Virus record (IMG/VR): IMGVR_UViG_3300045988_135167
Reading direction: 5' to 3' (one strand)
DNA: 64,000 nt
Source: a virus
The notes under the pieces were generated by a model. That model was not told the origin of the DNA. It made no database searches and was given only the letters and a program-made list of their open reading frames with translations. The number at the start of each line of letters is the position of its first letter. Position 1 is the first letter of the stretch. Shown one piece after another: positions 19,100 to 29,115 of the stretch. Position numbers and translations under genes: made by a program.

Positions 19100-20452
19100 C
19101 GCAGAACCTCCCTGACGAGCAATACCCCTGTTATCCTATTAAGGATGGGTTAAGGCTATCACAGCGGGAAGCAAAGTCAATTAGGATTTCATTAAAAATT
19201 CATATCCTTAATTATCTAGAATAAATTTCTATGATTCTCGCTTCGACAACTCGCTAACCTTCCACTGGTTCTCCCAGTCTCTAGTGAACTCGAATCTCCA
19301 CGAGCGTAAGTTTCCGACTCCTCATCGGTACAATATTTTAAAATATTCAACGCCGCATTCAGGTCCCTATCTGCGGTATAGCCACAAAAAGGACATTTAA
19401 ATGTGCGCTTGGATAAATCCTTCATCGCACGATGACGTTCTCCGCAACAAGAACATAACTGCGATGAAGGGTACCATGGATCAACAAGCTCAAACGTACG
19501 TCCTGCACGAACGCATTTATATTCAAGCTGACGACGTATCTCATAAAATGATTGCTCTCCAATACTTCGGGCGAGATGATGGTTTTTCATCATGCCCTTG
19601 GTGTTGAGCGTCTCCATCCGAATCGCTTGGTTCTCGCGAACAAGGAATGAAGTCATTTTATGGATAAAGTCTGTATGTTGGCGCATTAAGCGTCTGTTGC
19701 GTTTTGCCAATGCGATTTTGGCTCTTGTGCGTCTCTTGCTACCTTTATGGCAACGAGAAAAATGTCTTTGAGAAAGCTTGATGCGACGCAATGAACGCTT
19801 CAAAGGGTTCCAACAAAAGACTTTTCCATCAGAGCAAGTCACAGTGGATTTGAGGCCAAGATCAATACCAACTTCTTTATTTACTAAAGGAAGAGACTCA
19901 ACAGGGTAATCGAAAAGAACTGAGCAATAGTAATCAATCCCATCCGTAGAAAGAGTGGCTCGTTTCAATTTCACATCTGGGATATAACCTTTGTTGTAAA
20001 ACTTGACCCGACCAAGTTTAGCAAGGCGAAGATGGTTACCATCCTCAAGACGTGGAACTGTGGGACTTACAGAAGAATAAGACTGTCTTAACTCTTTCTT
20101 ACTCTTGAACTTAGGGTAACTTGCCGAATGTGACCAAAAGCGCTGAAATGCTTTTGAGAGATTGTCGAAAACAAACTTCGGTATTTGAGAATCACACTCA
20201 TTAAGCCACATGAAATTAGAGTCCTCTTTCTTAAGCTTTCTTATTTCATTCCCAAGGTCAAAAGCGGATGGCCTTTTGGGCCGCTGATCCTTGGGGTATC
20301 TTTGTTCTCTTCCCACCATTTGTTGAGTCTTTCCAATCCCCAATTCCAAAGGAATCTTGAAGCACCAAAATTCCGATGAACCAATTCTTTTTGGAACTTG
20401 TTCAAATGAACTTTCACTTTACGACTCTGAAACATAGTTAAATTAAAGCAAC
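19100..20452 (-). mobile_element. IS200/IS605-family tnpB-only (IS1341-like) element. The boundaries are approximate.
   Basis: TnpB ORF plus a hairpin-rich 3' flank, inserted 17 nt after the upstream gene's stop. Sits at the junction between the structural and replication modules. Confidence 0.55.
19216..20435 (-). pseudogene. tnpB: tnpB (IS605 OrfB, RNA-guided nuclease family), interrupted by a +1/-1 frameshift near 20270-20300.
   Basis: N-terminal fragment 20241..20435 (KVHLNKFQKELVHRNFGASRFLWNWGLERLNKWWEE, the OrfB N-terminal HTH) and the body 19216..20349 overlap in different frames. The body carries the RuvC/zinc-finger C-terminus CSCCGERH...CPFCGYTADRDLNAALNI. Confidence 0.65.
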
Positions 20453-21661
20453 TTATTTTTCCCTCAAAAGACGAACCGAAGTTTTCCGGGCCGTCACGAT
20501 CCCGGAAGTCTCCAGGTCATTGATCAGGGCTTGCTTGATGGCATCCCTTTCCTTTTTGTTCGCTTCAGGAGCCATCTTGTCCAGCAGGACCACCAGGGCC
20601 TTTTTGAAAGAGACGCTGTTGGTGCATGCCATCAGCTCTTCCTGCGTCAGCTCTTCCCGCAGGTAAGCGGTCAGGGCTTCCTTGTTCACAGTCAGAAGCT
20701 CGCCGCCATTGTCGAACTTCCAGCCGGGAACCGGAATCCCCATGGCATTGAGGCTCTTGGCCGTTTCCTTCAACTGGTTTTGAGCCTCGGAAGCCACCTT
20801 GTAAAAGGATAACAACTTGCCTACCAGCACATTGTTCTGCACGGCATCCAAAATGTTGCTTATGTCGGTTCCCTTCAGGTCTTCTTCCTTCAGCACTTCC
20901 GCGGAGAAGGAAATGGCCAGCTCCGTCACCCGGCGGCAGGATGCACATTTGGCACAATACGGGCACACATCCGGGGAGGACTGGTAGGTAAACGGATTTT
21001 CCCGGTCGCGGTTCCTCCGGGAAATCACCGCCTTGTAGCCATCGCGGGCCTGGCGGTAATCCCTGGCCGCAAAATTGACATGATTTTCCCGGAGCTTCTT
21101 TTTAGACGAGCGGACCATCCGGGCCACCTTCAGGCTGTCGGAAAGTGTGGGCTGGATCACGGCCAGATAACACTCCTGGCACTGGCGGTTCTCAGCGAAC
21201 TCGAACACGCCGTAAATCATCAGCTGGGAATTGTCCTTGGGGTGGGTCACGGGGAGAAGACCCATCTTGTAGTCGGCAATACAGGACTTGTCGCCGCACC
21301 GGATCAGCACGTCGGCCGTCCCGCTTTGCTTTTCCTTCAGGCCCTTGAACGTCACCCCGCGGAACTTGTGCTCCCGGATGATGTTCAACTCCCCGCGCCC
21401 CACGCCCCAGAGGGAGCAGAGTTCATCCAGCAGGGATTCCAGGTCCGTATTGGCCCGGTTGTACAGGGAGGATTCATGAACGGACAGCAGGGGTTCGGGG
21501 TCCTGCTTCTCCAGGGCATAGTGGATTCGGGAACCGACGGCGGCCGGGGAGAACTCGTCCTCTTCTTCGTCTTCCCGCTCACGGTCTTCATAGCCGGGAC
21601 AGGTAGCGATCATCATCACCTTGGAAGGTGAATACTTGGTATGACTTACAGGGGTACTCAT
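20453..21661 (-). CDS. PD-(D/E)XK nuclease of the Cas4/RecB type with a C-terminal Cys cluster, 402 aa.
   Basis: IADYKMG (D-x-K motif), QLMIYGV (QxxxY), and a C-terminal CPYCAKCASC iron-sulfur-type cysteine cluster. Confidence 0.55.
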   Translation of the reverse strand: MSTPVSHTKYSPSKVMMIATCPGYEDREREDEEEDEFSPAAVGSRIHYALEKQDPEPLLSVHESSLYNRANTDLESLLDELCSLWGVGRGELNIIREHKFRGVTFKGLKEKQSGTADVLIRCGDKSCIADYKMGLLPVTHPKDNSQLMIYGVFEFAENRQCQECYLAVIQPTLSDSLKVARMVRSSKKKLRENHVNFAARDYRQARDGYKAVISRRNRDRENPFTYQSSPDVCPYCAKCASCRRVTELAISFSAEVLKEEDLKGTDISNILDAVQNNVLVGKLLSFYKVASEAQNQLKETAKSLNAMGIPVPGWKFDNGGELLTVNKEALTAYLREELTQEELMACTNSVSFKKALVVLLDKMAPEANKKERDAIKQALINDLETSGIVTARKTSVRLLREK

Positions 21662-24168
21662 TTTTCTATCAGTGTTTCCAGGTTTTCTTTTTTCTCTTCA
21701 ATGACTGCGGCGATCTTTTCCTCAATGGTGTTGGCCGCAACCAAAATGAACTGCCGCGTGTCGCTCTTGGCTCCGGCGCGGTCAATGCGTCCCAATGCCT
21801 GGACATTATCAATCAGGCTGTAGGAGAGGCTTAAAAGGGAGGCACGGGGACGTTGCCCATTGATGTCATGCAGGGAGAGTCCGGCTCCCCCGGCCTGAAT
21901 CTGAATGAAAGCAATATGGGCTTCGTCCCGCTGGAACTTGTCAATGGCCGCCTGGCGGCTCTTTTTGGACTGCCTTCCATCAATCCGGACGGAGGGAACC
22001 TTCGGGAACATTTCTTCCAGCGCATTGATGCTGTCCAGGAAAGTGAGGAACACGACCACGGAACAACCTTCATCCAGAAGGTTTTGCAGGAACTCGGCAA
22101 TCGTCGGGATTTTGTGAAGCTCCACTTCCTGCCGGGCGCGGAGCAATTCCACCACAGCCGGAGGCCCGGCATAGTCCCGGCCTTCCTCAATGGCTTTCAT
22201 CATGGCTTCCTCGCTCTTGATCAGGTCGGCATCCAATGTATTCTCCATCTTCTCCAGCCACTTCTGCATGCTGTTGATCCGGGAGACGGTCTCCTTGTCG
22301 TAGTCCACCAGCACGGTCTGGATGAAGGAGGTGGTGAAGTAGGGAGCCATTTCCGAGCGGTCCACCTTGGTCAGAATCCCGGCTTCCTTGAGACGGGAGT
22401 TGATGCGCTCCATGTGGGAGATGGTGACTGGAGTGCGGACAAACTCCAGGCCGCCCCAGAAAGCGTGGGTGCATCCATGCTGAAGCATCCAGGCCGTCTG
22501 GGAGATGTAGTTGGTGAACATGCCGAAGGCATAGGCGAAGTAGCCCATGTCCAGCGGATTGATGAAGGGTGTAGCCGAGAGAAGGATCGTTGGTATCTTC
22601 ATGCGGGCGGCCGAAACAAAGGCCAGCCCTTGCAAAGAGAACCGCCCCGCCCGGAGGGCCTGGGCCTCGTCTGAGATAAGCACGGCATCATCCGGGAGGT
22701 TCCAGCGGCCGAGGTTGACGCACCGCTTGTCCCGGCGAACCGGAGGCTTGTACCACCGGGTGTTTCCACGGACCAGCTTGGCATAAGTAAGCACATCATA
22801 ATACTCCACCTTCTGCTGGTCCAGGGCGCGCTCCCAGGAAGAGACCACAGCCTTGGGACAGACCACCACCGGGCGTTTTCCCATGCGCTTCACCGTCTCT
22901 ACAGCCATCAAGGTATTATGGACAATGGTAAAATCACCAAGGAGAAAACGATGGTCCACGTCGTTTACAAACCCGTAATAATCTCCGACCCCTATTGCCT
23001 CTACTTTAAACCCGGTTCTTAAAACATTCTTCTTTTGTTTTCTAATTGAACATTTTCTTCTCGGTACTCGAACAGGTATGCAACTTATATTTCCAGATAT
23101 AACAATTATATAATATAAATCTTCCTTATTAGTATTGGTACAAACCTTTTTTCTAAGCTTGGAATAAGAAGCAAAACCTAATGATCTGGCTACAAATAAT
23201 ATGTCTTCACAAAATCCTTTATATTTTGTGGAAATCTCATAACATCCATTTGTTAAATACCCATCAGTATCAATGATACCTGCAAGAACATTTAATCGGG
23301 TTTCATGACTTCCACATTTATATGGGTGCTTTATCCGTCGTTCCTTCCCATTAAAAATATTTCTATAAATAATCTGTCGTGGAAGTTCTTGGTTCTTGCT
23401 TATACTGGTAAAACTTAAAGGGGTAACACGGTTTACCGCTTTTATTTCTTTTGCCCTCCATCCGATACTTTCAGCGTACCCTTTACAATATTCCAATACC
23501 TCATTATCAACATTGGTTATTTGAGAACACGGGTAGAGCTTTCCATTTACTGTTACAGGTGAAGAGCCATCACCCAAATAAACTCCTACAAAATAAGGGT
23601 CAAGCTCCGGTTTCTCTATCTCCGGGAAATCTACTCCGGTCCTTACCAGCTTGAATCGGTGTTTAAAAGTTTTGGATGATGAAAGATATTCTTTAAGAGA
23701 TATATCAATCAATTCCCCTGCCCAATATTTTCTACCTCCCAATGAAATTTTTACAGGTGTTGTTCCGGAAATTATACCTGTTATAATATGTTCATCGTTA
23801 ACAATATGGGGATCACCTTTAAAGGGAACGATACGATACATCGGGGCTTGGCCACGGGCAAGACTCAAAACTTGACGAGGACAAGAGTCCGGACCCATTA
23901 TTTTATCTCCGACACTTACTTGTTCAATAGGTTTAATTGTACCGTTGAACATCAGAACAGGAGTTCCTTTTCCGAAGCACTTGCCGACCCCGGTGTTGCT
24001 GGAGTTCAGCACAATCCCGTTGCGGCGCATGGACTCCAGCATTTCACCGATGCACCGCTCCTGCGGAGGGAACGGGTTCAGGGGTTCCGGAACATACGCC
24101 TTCTGCGTCTCCAGGGTTTTCCGGGAGGCATTGCCCGTATTGGTCAGTCGGATTCGTCGGGTCGGCAT
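21658..24168 (-). CDS. SNF2/DEAD-like helicase, 836 aa, interrupted by a 355-aa LAGLIDADG intein. The extein is about 481 aa.
   Basis: Walker A GVGK|T is split by the intein. DEAQALR motif II and C-terminal helicase motifs are present. Intein features: Cys1 (CFGKG), two LAGLIDADG blocks (VGVYLGDGSS and LAGIIDTDGYL), and a terminal HN followed by Thr. Confidence 0.7.
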   Translation of the reverse strand: MPTRRIRLTNTGNASRKTLETQKAYVPEPLNPFPPQERCIGEMLESMRRNGIVLNSSNTGVGKCFGKGTPVLMFNGTIKPIEQVSVGDKIMGPDSCPRQVLSLARGQAPMYRIVPFKGDPHIVNDEHIITGIISGTTPVKISLGGRKYWAGELIDISLKEYLSSSKTFKHRFKLVRTGVDFPEIEKPELDPYFVGVYLGDGSSPVTVNGKLYPCSQITNVDNEVLEYCKGYAESIGWRAKEIKAVNRVTPLSFTSISKNQELPRQIIYRNIFNGKERRIKHPYKCGSHETRLNVLAGIIDTDGYLTNGCYEISTKYKGFCEDILFVARSLGFASYSKLRKKVCTNTNKEDLYYIIVISGNISCIPVRVPRRKCSIRKQKKNVLRTGFKVEAIGVGDYYGFVNDVDHRFLLGDFTIVHNTLMAVETVKRMGKRPVVVCPKAVVSSWERALDQQKVEYYDVLTYAKLVRGNTRWYKPPVRRDKRCVNLGRWNLPDDAVLISDEAQALRAGRFSLQGLAFVSAARMKIPTILLSATPFINPLDMGYFAYAFGMFTNYISQTAWMLQHGCTHAFWGGLEFVRTPVTISHMERINSRLKEAGILTKVDRSEMAPYFTTSFIQTVLVDYDKETVSRINSMQKWLEKMENTLDADLIKSEEAMMKAIEEGRDYAGPPAVVELLRARQEVELHKIPTIAEFLQNLLDEGCSVVVFLTFLDSINALEEMFPKVPSVRIDGRQSKKSRQAAIDKFQRDEAHIAFIQIQAGGAGLSLHDINGQRPRASLLSLSYSLIDNVQALGRIDRAGAKSDTRQFILVAANTIEEKIAAVIEEKKENLETLIEK
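22915..23979 (-). other. Intein (Hint plus LAGLIDADG homing endonuclease) inserted in the helicase P-loop.
   Basis: Begins at Cys (TGC at 23977-23979) and ends at His-Asn (22915-22920) followed by Thr. Splicing restores NTGVGKTLMAVE. The central part (about 22980-23800) is markedly AT-rich relative to the flanks. Confidence 0.65.
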
Positions 24169-24171
24169 GGC

Positions 24172-25989
24172 TTAATCCTTCGTGTACTTGTCCATGATAG
24201 ACGGTTCGGCGACCAGCGGAAGGCCCTTGGCCCAGGCAGGGGCATCGGTCATGCACATGGACAGGTAGCGGGCCTTGTCCTGCAAATTGTCTTCGGAGGC
24301 CAGCGTCACCATTTCGTCATGTACAATGGTCACAGGTTCAATGACATCTTCCGCGGAAACATGATTAAAAGCATTCATCATCAAGTCGCGGGCCGTTCCC
24401 TGGACGAAGTTGTTGGAAAGCAGGTTGGCATTGATGATGGCCGTGCGGTTCCCCTGGTCCACTACCCAGACCATGGCCTTCTGGCCGTTCTTCTTTTCAA
24501 TGAGCTTGCGGTAGCAGTTGCGGTAAATAATCTTGCGCCCGGAAGGGAGCGTCAGATAGAACGAGCGGGAAGGAGAAGCAAACCCGGCCCTGGCAATTTC
24601 CATCAACGTATTCCACCACTGGACCACGCGGTTGAAGTTGGTGCGGTAAAGTCGGATCATCTGCTCGCACTGTTCTTCCGTCAGCCAGGGGTTGCTCCGG
24701 TGAAGGCCCGCGGCCCCCTGTGCAAACCCGGCTCCAAGTACCGCGGCTTTCAAGGGATTGCGGATGTGGGTTCCATGGCTCGCGTCCCATTTCTTCAGGT
24801 CCTCCCCTTCCGGAATGATCTTCCAAATCCAGGCGACGGCCGAGTACAAGTCAACTCCCTGGCGGCATAGTTCCAATACATCATCATAGCCGTTGAGCCA
24901 CAGGATAATGCGGCCTTCAATCTGCCCGAAGTCACTGACAATCAGCTTGTAACCTTCGGGAGCCTGGATGATGTTGCGGATGTCGATGCCTTCCTTGGGT
25001 TCGCGAGGAAGCCCCTGGATGTTGAACTTGGAACCCCCGGCCCAGCGTCCGGTGGTGGCTCCAAAATATTTCAGGTCATAACTGCACCGCTCCATCCCCT
25101 TGTCATCCACAAAGCACCGGGGGACCAGCACTTCCATGTTTCGGCGGTTCTTGTTGGCCGAGCGAAGAGCCGGGAGGTTGCCCAGCCACGGAACGAACTT
25201 CCCGTACTGCTCCAGCCATTCATCAAAGATGGGGGAATCCTTGCGGGTGGTTTCGGGAACCGGGAGTCCCAGCTTCACAATCTCGGCCAGCAACTGGGGC
25301 CGAGAAAGCTTCTTATCCATCGGGAGCGCGTCGGCATACTTTTCAGCGGCCTTGGCAAAATGGTCAACGGCATTGGTGATGAACTCCCTGGAAGTCGGGA
25401 ACCCGCGAAGCCCCATGTCCACGGTATTGGACCAGCAGATGCGTTCTTCACTGGGCCAGAATCGGCCGAACTTCTCCCACAGCTTCCAGCACCAGATCGC
25501 GTCGAAAGCCACATATTCCTTCATGTCTTCGGGGATCACCTCCAGCTTGGAGAAGTCCACCCCCTTGGCTTTGTCGCGGACCTCCTTGCTCATGGTGACT
25601 CCGAACACCTGGGCCACGATCTTGGAGAGGGAACCGGGGATGCCGATGTACTGGCACGCGGCCATGGCGCAGACGAACTCCTTCATCGGCCAGTCGCACG
25701 GGGCACCCAGGCCCAGCTCGTACACCGTCCGGTCGAAGGCGGCGTTGAAGGCCACCACGGTCTTGTCCTTGGTGACGCTCCAGTCGAACTTGGAAGGATG
25801 GCACACCACCCGGTTCTGGCCGTCATAGGCGGCCATGATATAGGAATCAAAGCGCGGGTCCTTGCAATAGGTCCGGTAGTCCAGTTCCTTCAGGGAATAT
25901 TCGGACGTGTAAAAGGTTTCAAAGTCCACGGCGATCACGTCGCCGGAGAGCTTGTAGCAATCTGGGTCAAAGTCTTTTTTAGCAGTCAT
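24172..25989 (-). CDS. polA: Family A DNA polymerase with a 3'-5' exonuclease motif, 605 aa.
   Basis: Exo I VIAVDFETF; motif A SDFGQIEGRIILWL; motif C TIVHDEMV. Confidence 0.75.
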   Translation of the reverse strand: MTAKKDFDPDCYKLSGDVIAVDFETFYTSEYSLKELDYRTYCKDPRFDSYIMAAYDGQNRVVCHPSKFDWSVTKDKTVVAFNAAFDRTVYELGLGAPCDWPMKEFVCAMAACQYIGIPGSLSKIVAQVFGVTMSKEVRDKAKGVDFSKLEVIPEDMKEYVAFDAIWCWKLWEKFGRFWPSEERICWSNTVDMGLRGFPTSREFITNAVDHFAKAAEKYADALPMDKKLSRPQLLAEIVKLGLPVPETTRKDSPIFDEWLEQYGKFVPWLGNLPALRSANKNRRNMEVLVPRCFVDDKGMERCSYDLKYFGATTGRWAGGSKFNIQGLPREPKEGIDIRNIIQAPEGYKLIVSDFGQIEGRIILWLNGYDDVLELCRQGVDLYSAVAWIWKIIPEGEDLKKWDASHGTHIRNPLKAAVLGAGFAQGAAGLHRSNPWLTEEQCEQMIRLYRTNFNRVVQWWNTLMEIARAGFASPSRSFYLTLPSGRKIIYRNCYRKLIEKKNGQKAMVWVVDQGNRTAIINANLLSNNFVQGTARDLMMNAFNHVSAEDVIEPVTIVHDEMVTLASEDNLQDKARYLSMCMTDAPAWAKGLPLVAEPSIMDKYTKD

Positions 25990-26007
25990 CGTTCAAGGGT
26001 ATGAAGA

Positions 26008-26035
26008 CCGGAATGTTCCACGTGGAACATTCCGG
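26008..26035. promoter_or_regulatory. 28-bp perfect palindrome CCGGAATGTTCCACGTGGAACATTCCGG, located 8 nt after the upstream stop codon and 18 nt before the DNA polymerase ATG.
   Basis: Direct reading. Same core and same 8-nt spacing (GGTTnnnn) as the site at 5481-5510. Confidence 0.8.
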
Positions 26036-26043
26036 GGTTGGAA

Positions 26044-26313
26044 TTATGCCTGTGCGGAGTTGAAGTTCTTTAAATGGCAGAGGAACTGGCCGGTATCCGA
26101 AACAGCGGTTTCATACTGAATCACGCTGTACCGCTTGGCAAAAGTCTTGGACTTCTTCCCGGCGGGGATGGTGTACACCACTTCCAGGTCCCCCTTTTCG
26201 GAGACGACGAAGCTGGCGGCTACATTCAATTCACTGATTACCTTCAGGTTCTTTTCAATCTCCGTCAACTGGAGCTGGCGAATGGTGGTCTTAGGTATTC
26301 TGGGATTCCACAT
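26044..26313 (-). CDS. Hypothetical protein, 89 aa.
   Basis: ORF. Confidence 0.35.
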   Translation of the reverse strand: MWNPRIPKTTIRQLQLTEIEKNLKVISELNVAASFVVSEKGDLEVVYTIPAGKKSKTFAKRYSVIQYETAVSDTGQFLCHLKNFNSAQA

Positions 26314-26662
26314 CTGAATAGATTCTAATGATTCGGGAAAGGGTTTCTTCGCTCAAGGCTTCCCGGAGCCGCGTATGGGTTCCAAATCCACGCATGTAGG
26401 AGATGGTGAAATGGTAGGGGCCTTTGAAAGATGAACAGTTGATGTGAACGACAAGGGCTTTCTCCATGTCCGGACTGAAATCCTCGCACCCGGCGAGCGG
26501 GGCGTAAAGCCCCTTGATCACGTCCGGATCATGGACTGTGGAGAAGGAATAGGAGAGCTTCTGAACTATGTGGTCAATCTTTTTGGAACTGGCCGCAATG
26601 ACATCGGCAACAGAGAGAATCCATTCCTTTTCTTCAGGCGTTAAATTGTCGTTCGCATCCAT
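26291..26662 (-). CDS. Hypothetical protein, 123 aa.
   Basis: ORF. Confidence 0.35.
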   Translation of the reverse strand: MDANDNLTPEEKEWILSVADVIAASSKKIDHIVQKLSYSFSTVHDPDVIKGLYAPLAGCEDFSPDMEKALVVHINCSSFKGPYHFTISYMRGFGTHTRLREALSEETLSRIIRIYSDVESQNT

Positions 26663-26706
26663 TGTTTAAAATCATCTTATCGGGTGCGATTGGATTGTAA
26701 AGCCTA

Positions 26707-27357
26707 TTATAAATCTTTCGTATAGGGTTCAATGTCAAAGATAAGGAACTCAAAAGAGTTGAGCTTCATCCAGCTATGCAACCTGCACGCCAGCAGACGG
26801 ATCGGCTTCTGGGCATGGCGGCTGGTGCGGAGCTTCAGAAAGTGCCGGAACTCCCGCAGATTCATGGTGACGTAAATCTCGGACTTGGTATCCTGGGGGA
26901 GAACGCCGCGGGCATCTTCGGCCCGGATTCCGGCTTCCAGGAGGTCCTGGTAGCGGATGGCCGCTTCCCGGCAGGAATCCACCCAGACCTTCCGGACTTC
27001 TTCATTGGCGAATGTTCCAATCGGCGGTTCGATAAACACCACCTGGTTCTTGTACTTGCAGTAGCGCATGGACTCCTGGGAATAAGAAGCAATGCGGTGG
27101 CGCACAAGCTGGTGGGTGACTGCCCGGTTGGTCACCATCCGGAAGGAAATGGACGCATGCTCCAGAACGCTTTCGTGCCCGCTTTCAATGAGGCGGCGAA
27201 GAAATGCTTCCAATGGGGTCTTCCCCTCGCTCTGGTAACAGCAATGGCCCGCACGGGCGGCAATCTGCAACTGGTCAACGAGAGCATTGGGAGTGGTCAA
27301 GACATCCACGTAGGGAGCCATTATCATTATATTTTCTTGATTATTATTCATATTCAA
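26707..27357 (-). CDS. thyX: Flavin-dependent thymidylate synthase ThyX, 216 aa.
   Basis: ThyX signature RHRxxxxxxS, read as VRHRIASYSQESMRY. Confidence 0.75.
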   Translation of the reverse strand: MNMNNNQENIMIMAPYVDVLTTPNALVDQLQIAARAGHCCYQSEGKTPLEAFLRRLIESGHESVLEHASISFRMVTNRAVTHQLVRHRIASYSQESMRYCKYKNQVVFIEPPIGTFANEEVRKVWVDSCREAAIRYQDLLEAGIRAEDARGVLPQDTKSEIYVTMNLREFRHFLKLRTSRHAQKPIRLLACRLHSWMKLNSFEFLIFDIEPYTKDL

Positions 27358-27834
27358 TTACTTAGGGGTGTATAGAGTGCAGTTATCCGAGTTTCCCTTC
27401 TGGGGACAGGAATAAAAAGGCTTGTCAATGCTTTCATCATAAATGCAGGTAGTGCAAGGATTGCCCGGGGAATGACGGAACAGGCAATTGAGCTTCTTAT
27501 TTCTCAGGATTCCCTTGGCCATTTGGTAGAGCTGTTCGTGAGTCTTTTCCGGGAAGGACTCCCGGAGAGTACACGCCAGGGCATAACGTCTCCGAAGAAT
27601 CCGCATCTTTTCCTCCACCGCTTTCTCCGGATCGATATTCAGCAAATTGAACATCCGGGCCAGTACCAGAAGGCAATCAGCCAGCTCATAGCTCGGATCG
27701 GCCGAGCCGGGGACTTCCTCCAGCTCCTTCAATTCCTCCCGGAGCTTTTCAATCATCTCCGGGAAGGTGTCGTTGAACCCCAGGGACAGGCGGTCCCGGC
27801 TCAACATGCGTGCGTGTTCCAGTATTGTTTTCAT
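27358..27834 (-). CDS. MazG-like nucleoside triphosphate pyrophosphohydrolase, 158 aa.
   Basis: EELKELEEVPGSADPSYELADCLLVLARMF, an EExxE/ELADxL MazG-type motif. Confidence 0.5.
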   Translation of the reverse strand: MKTILEHARMLSRDRLSLGFNDTFPEMIEKLREELKELEEVPGSADPSYELADCLLVLARMFNLLNIDPEKAVEEKMRILRRRYALACTLRESFPEKTHEQLYQMAKGILRNKKLNCLFRHSPGNPCTTCIYDESIDKPFYSCPQKGNSDNCTLYTPK

Positions 27835-28076
27835 GATTTTGGTCTGCGGACGAGCCAGTCGATGATGGCTACAATAGCCGCGATGATTAAAGCTTCAAGT
27901 ACCATAATTACTTCTTTTTAAAATTGTTGTGAAGTTCTCCTTCTCTTTCGTCACTACAAGGATTCCAGTTGCAGTTCTTACAAAAGCCGGACTCCTTGCG
28001 GGAACACCTGGGACAGTGGGAACCGCCCCAAAGGAAAAGGATTCCTACTATTCCCATTACCAACAACCATATTGCT

Positions 28077-28541
28077 TCATTGGACATGCTTGCGGATTCG
28101 GGCCGGATATTCGACGATGCAGGAAACCGGATACACGTCTTCCCCGCAGGTGATTGTTCCCTCCATCCGGTTCACCGCATGGACCGCTACCTCCAGCCTC
28201 CTGCGCTCCGGCGTGCGGACGCAAACAACATCCGCGGGCTTCAGGCGCAGGTAAGGGGGGAAGTTCATAGCCCCCGCATTCCAGAAGCGAAGGGAGTCTT
28301 CAATCGTGATTCCCTGGGAAGTGTGGATGTTACAGCACCGGAACTGGTACAAGGGCTGGTTGTCCCAGGTGAACGAGGAAATGAACCGGGGCCGCTGGCC
28401 GCAGACCGGGCACAGCTCCATCTCTTCCAGCAAAGCGATCATCCGCTGGGTGTTTTCCGGAGTCACGAGGAAAAGAAGCTTGATCATGTCCGGGCGGTCC
28501 TTGATTCCCTCCCAGGTTTCTTCAGTGAATATGCTGTTCAT
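28077..28541 (-). CDS. Hypothetical zinc-finger protein, 154 aa.
   Basis: CPVCGQ...CCNIH. Confidence 0.35.
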   Translation of the reverse strand: MNSIFTEETWEGIKDRPDMIKLLFLVTPENTQRMIALLEEMELCPVCGQRPRFISSFTWDNQPLYQFRCCNIHTSQGITIEDSLRFWNAGAMNFPPYLRLKPADVVCVRTPERRRLEVAVHAVNRMEGTITCGEDVYPVSCIVEYPARIRKHVQ

Positions 28542-28873
28542 TTCAGTTCCTCCAGCAGGGTTGAGATTTCATCAAGCTCATGGAGCGGTCCCTTGAAATA
28601 TCGCAAGAGATCAAGCTTCTCACGGATTTTGGCAATAGCCTCTTTCCTCCGGATTCTCTCCCTGTTATCTGCCTCGCTGGTCTTAACCAATGTGAAATTA
28701 TACGCATGGGTTACTGACAGATAGGCATGTACCGCCGAATACTGGGATTTACATACAATGGTGTGAATCCCACAATTGGAACACTTGGCACGATACCCTC
28801 CTTCATCGGGATAAACTTCCCAGTTCTTTCCCGCAAAAGCCGCAGGGATTCGCCGTTTCTTTTCTATTTCCAT
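28538..28873 (-). CDS. Hypothetical zinc-ribbon protein, 111 aa.
   Basis: CSNCGIHTIVC. Confidence 0.35.
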   Translation of the reverse strand: MEIEKKRRIPAAFAGKNWEVYPDEGGYRAKCSNCGIHTIVCKSQYSAVHAYLSVTHAYNFTLVKTSEADNRERIRRKEAIAKIREKLDLLRYFKGPLHELDEISTLLEELK

Positions 28874-29115
28874 ACAAAATAATCGTATTGTTGTTTCTTC
28901 CTTCCGGGAACGAACACCAGCAAGCTGACCACCGTGCCGCTCCCGAACGGAGTTTCCCTCAGGTCAAACACGACCCCGCCTTCACTCCAGCTTCGCTCAT
29001 TGTTTCTGAGCGCGTGCTTGGTGTAACTGCGGACCACGTAGTCCGGAGGGTTGGTTTTGTTGAGCGGGACAAACTTTTCAGTGGCCCGCGGCTTTCTCCG
29101 TGTCAGCATATCCAT
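28864..29115 (-). CDS. Hypothetical protein, 83 aa.
   Basis: ORF. Confidence 0.3.
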   Translation of the reverse strand: MDMLTRRKPRATEKFVPLNKTNPPDYVVRSYTKHALRNNERSWSEGGVVFDLRETPFGSGTVVSLLVFVPGRKKQQYDYFVWK

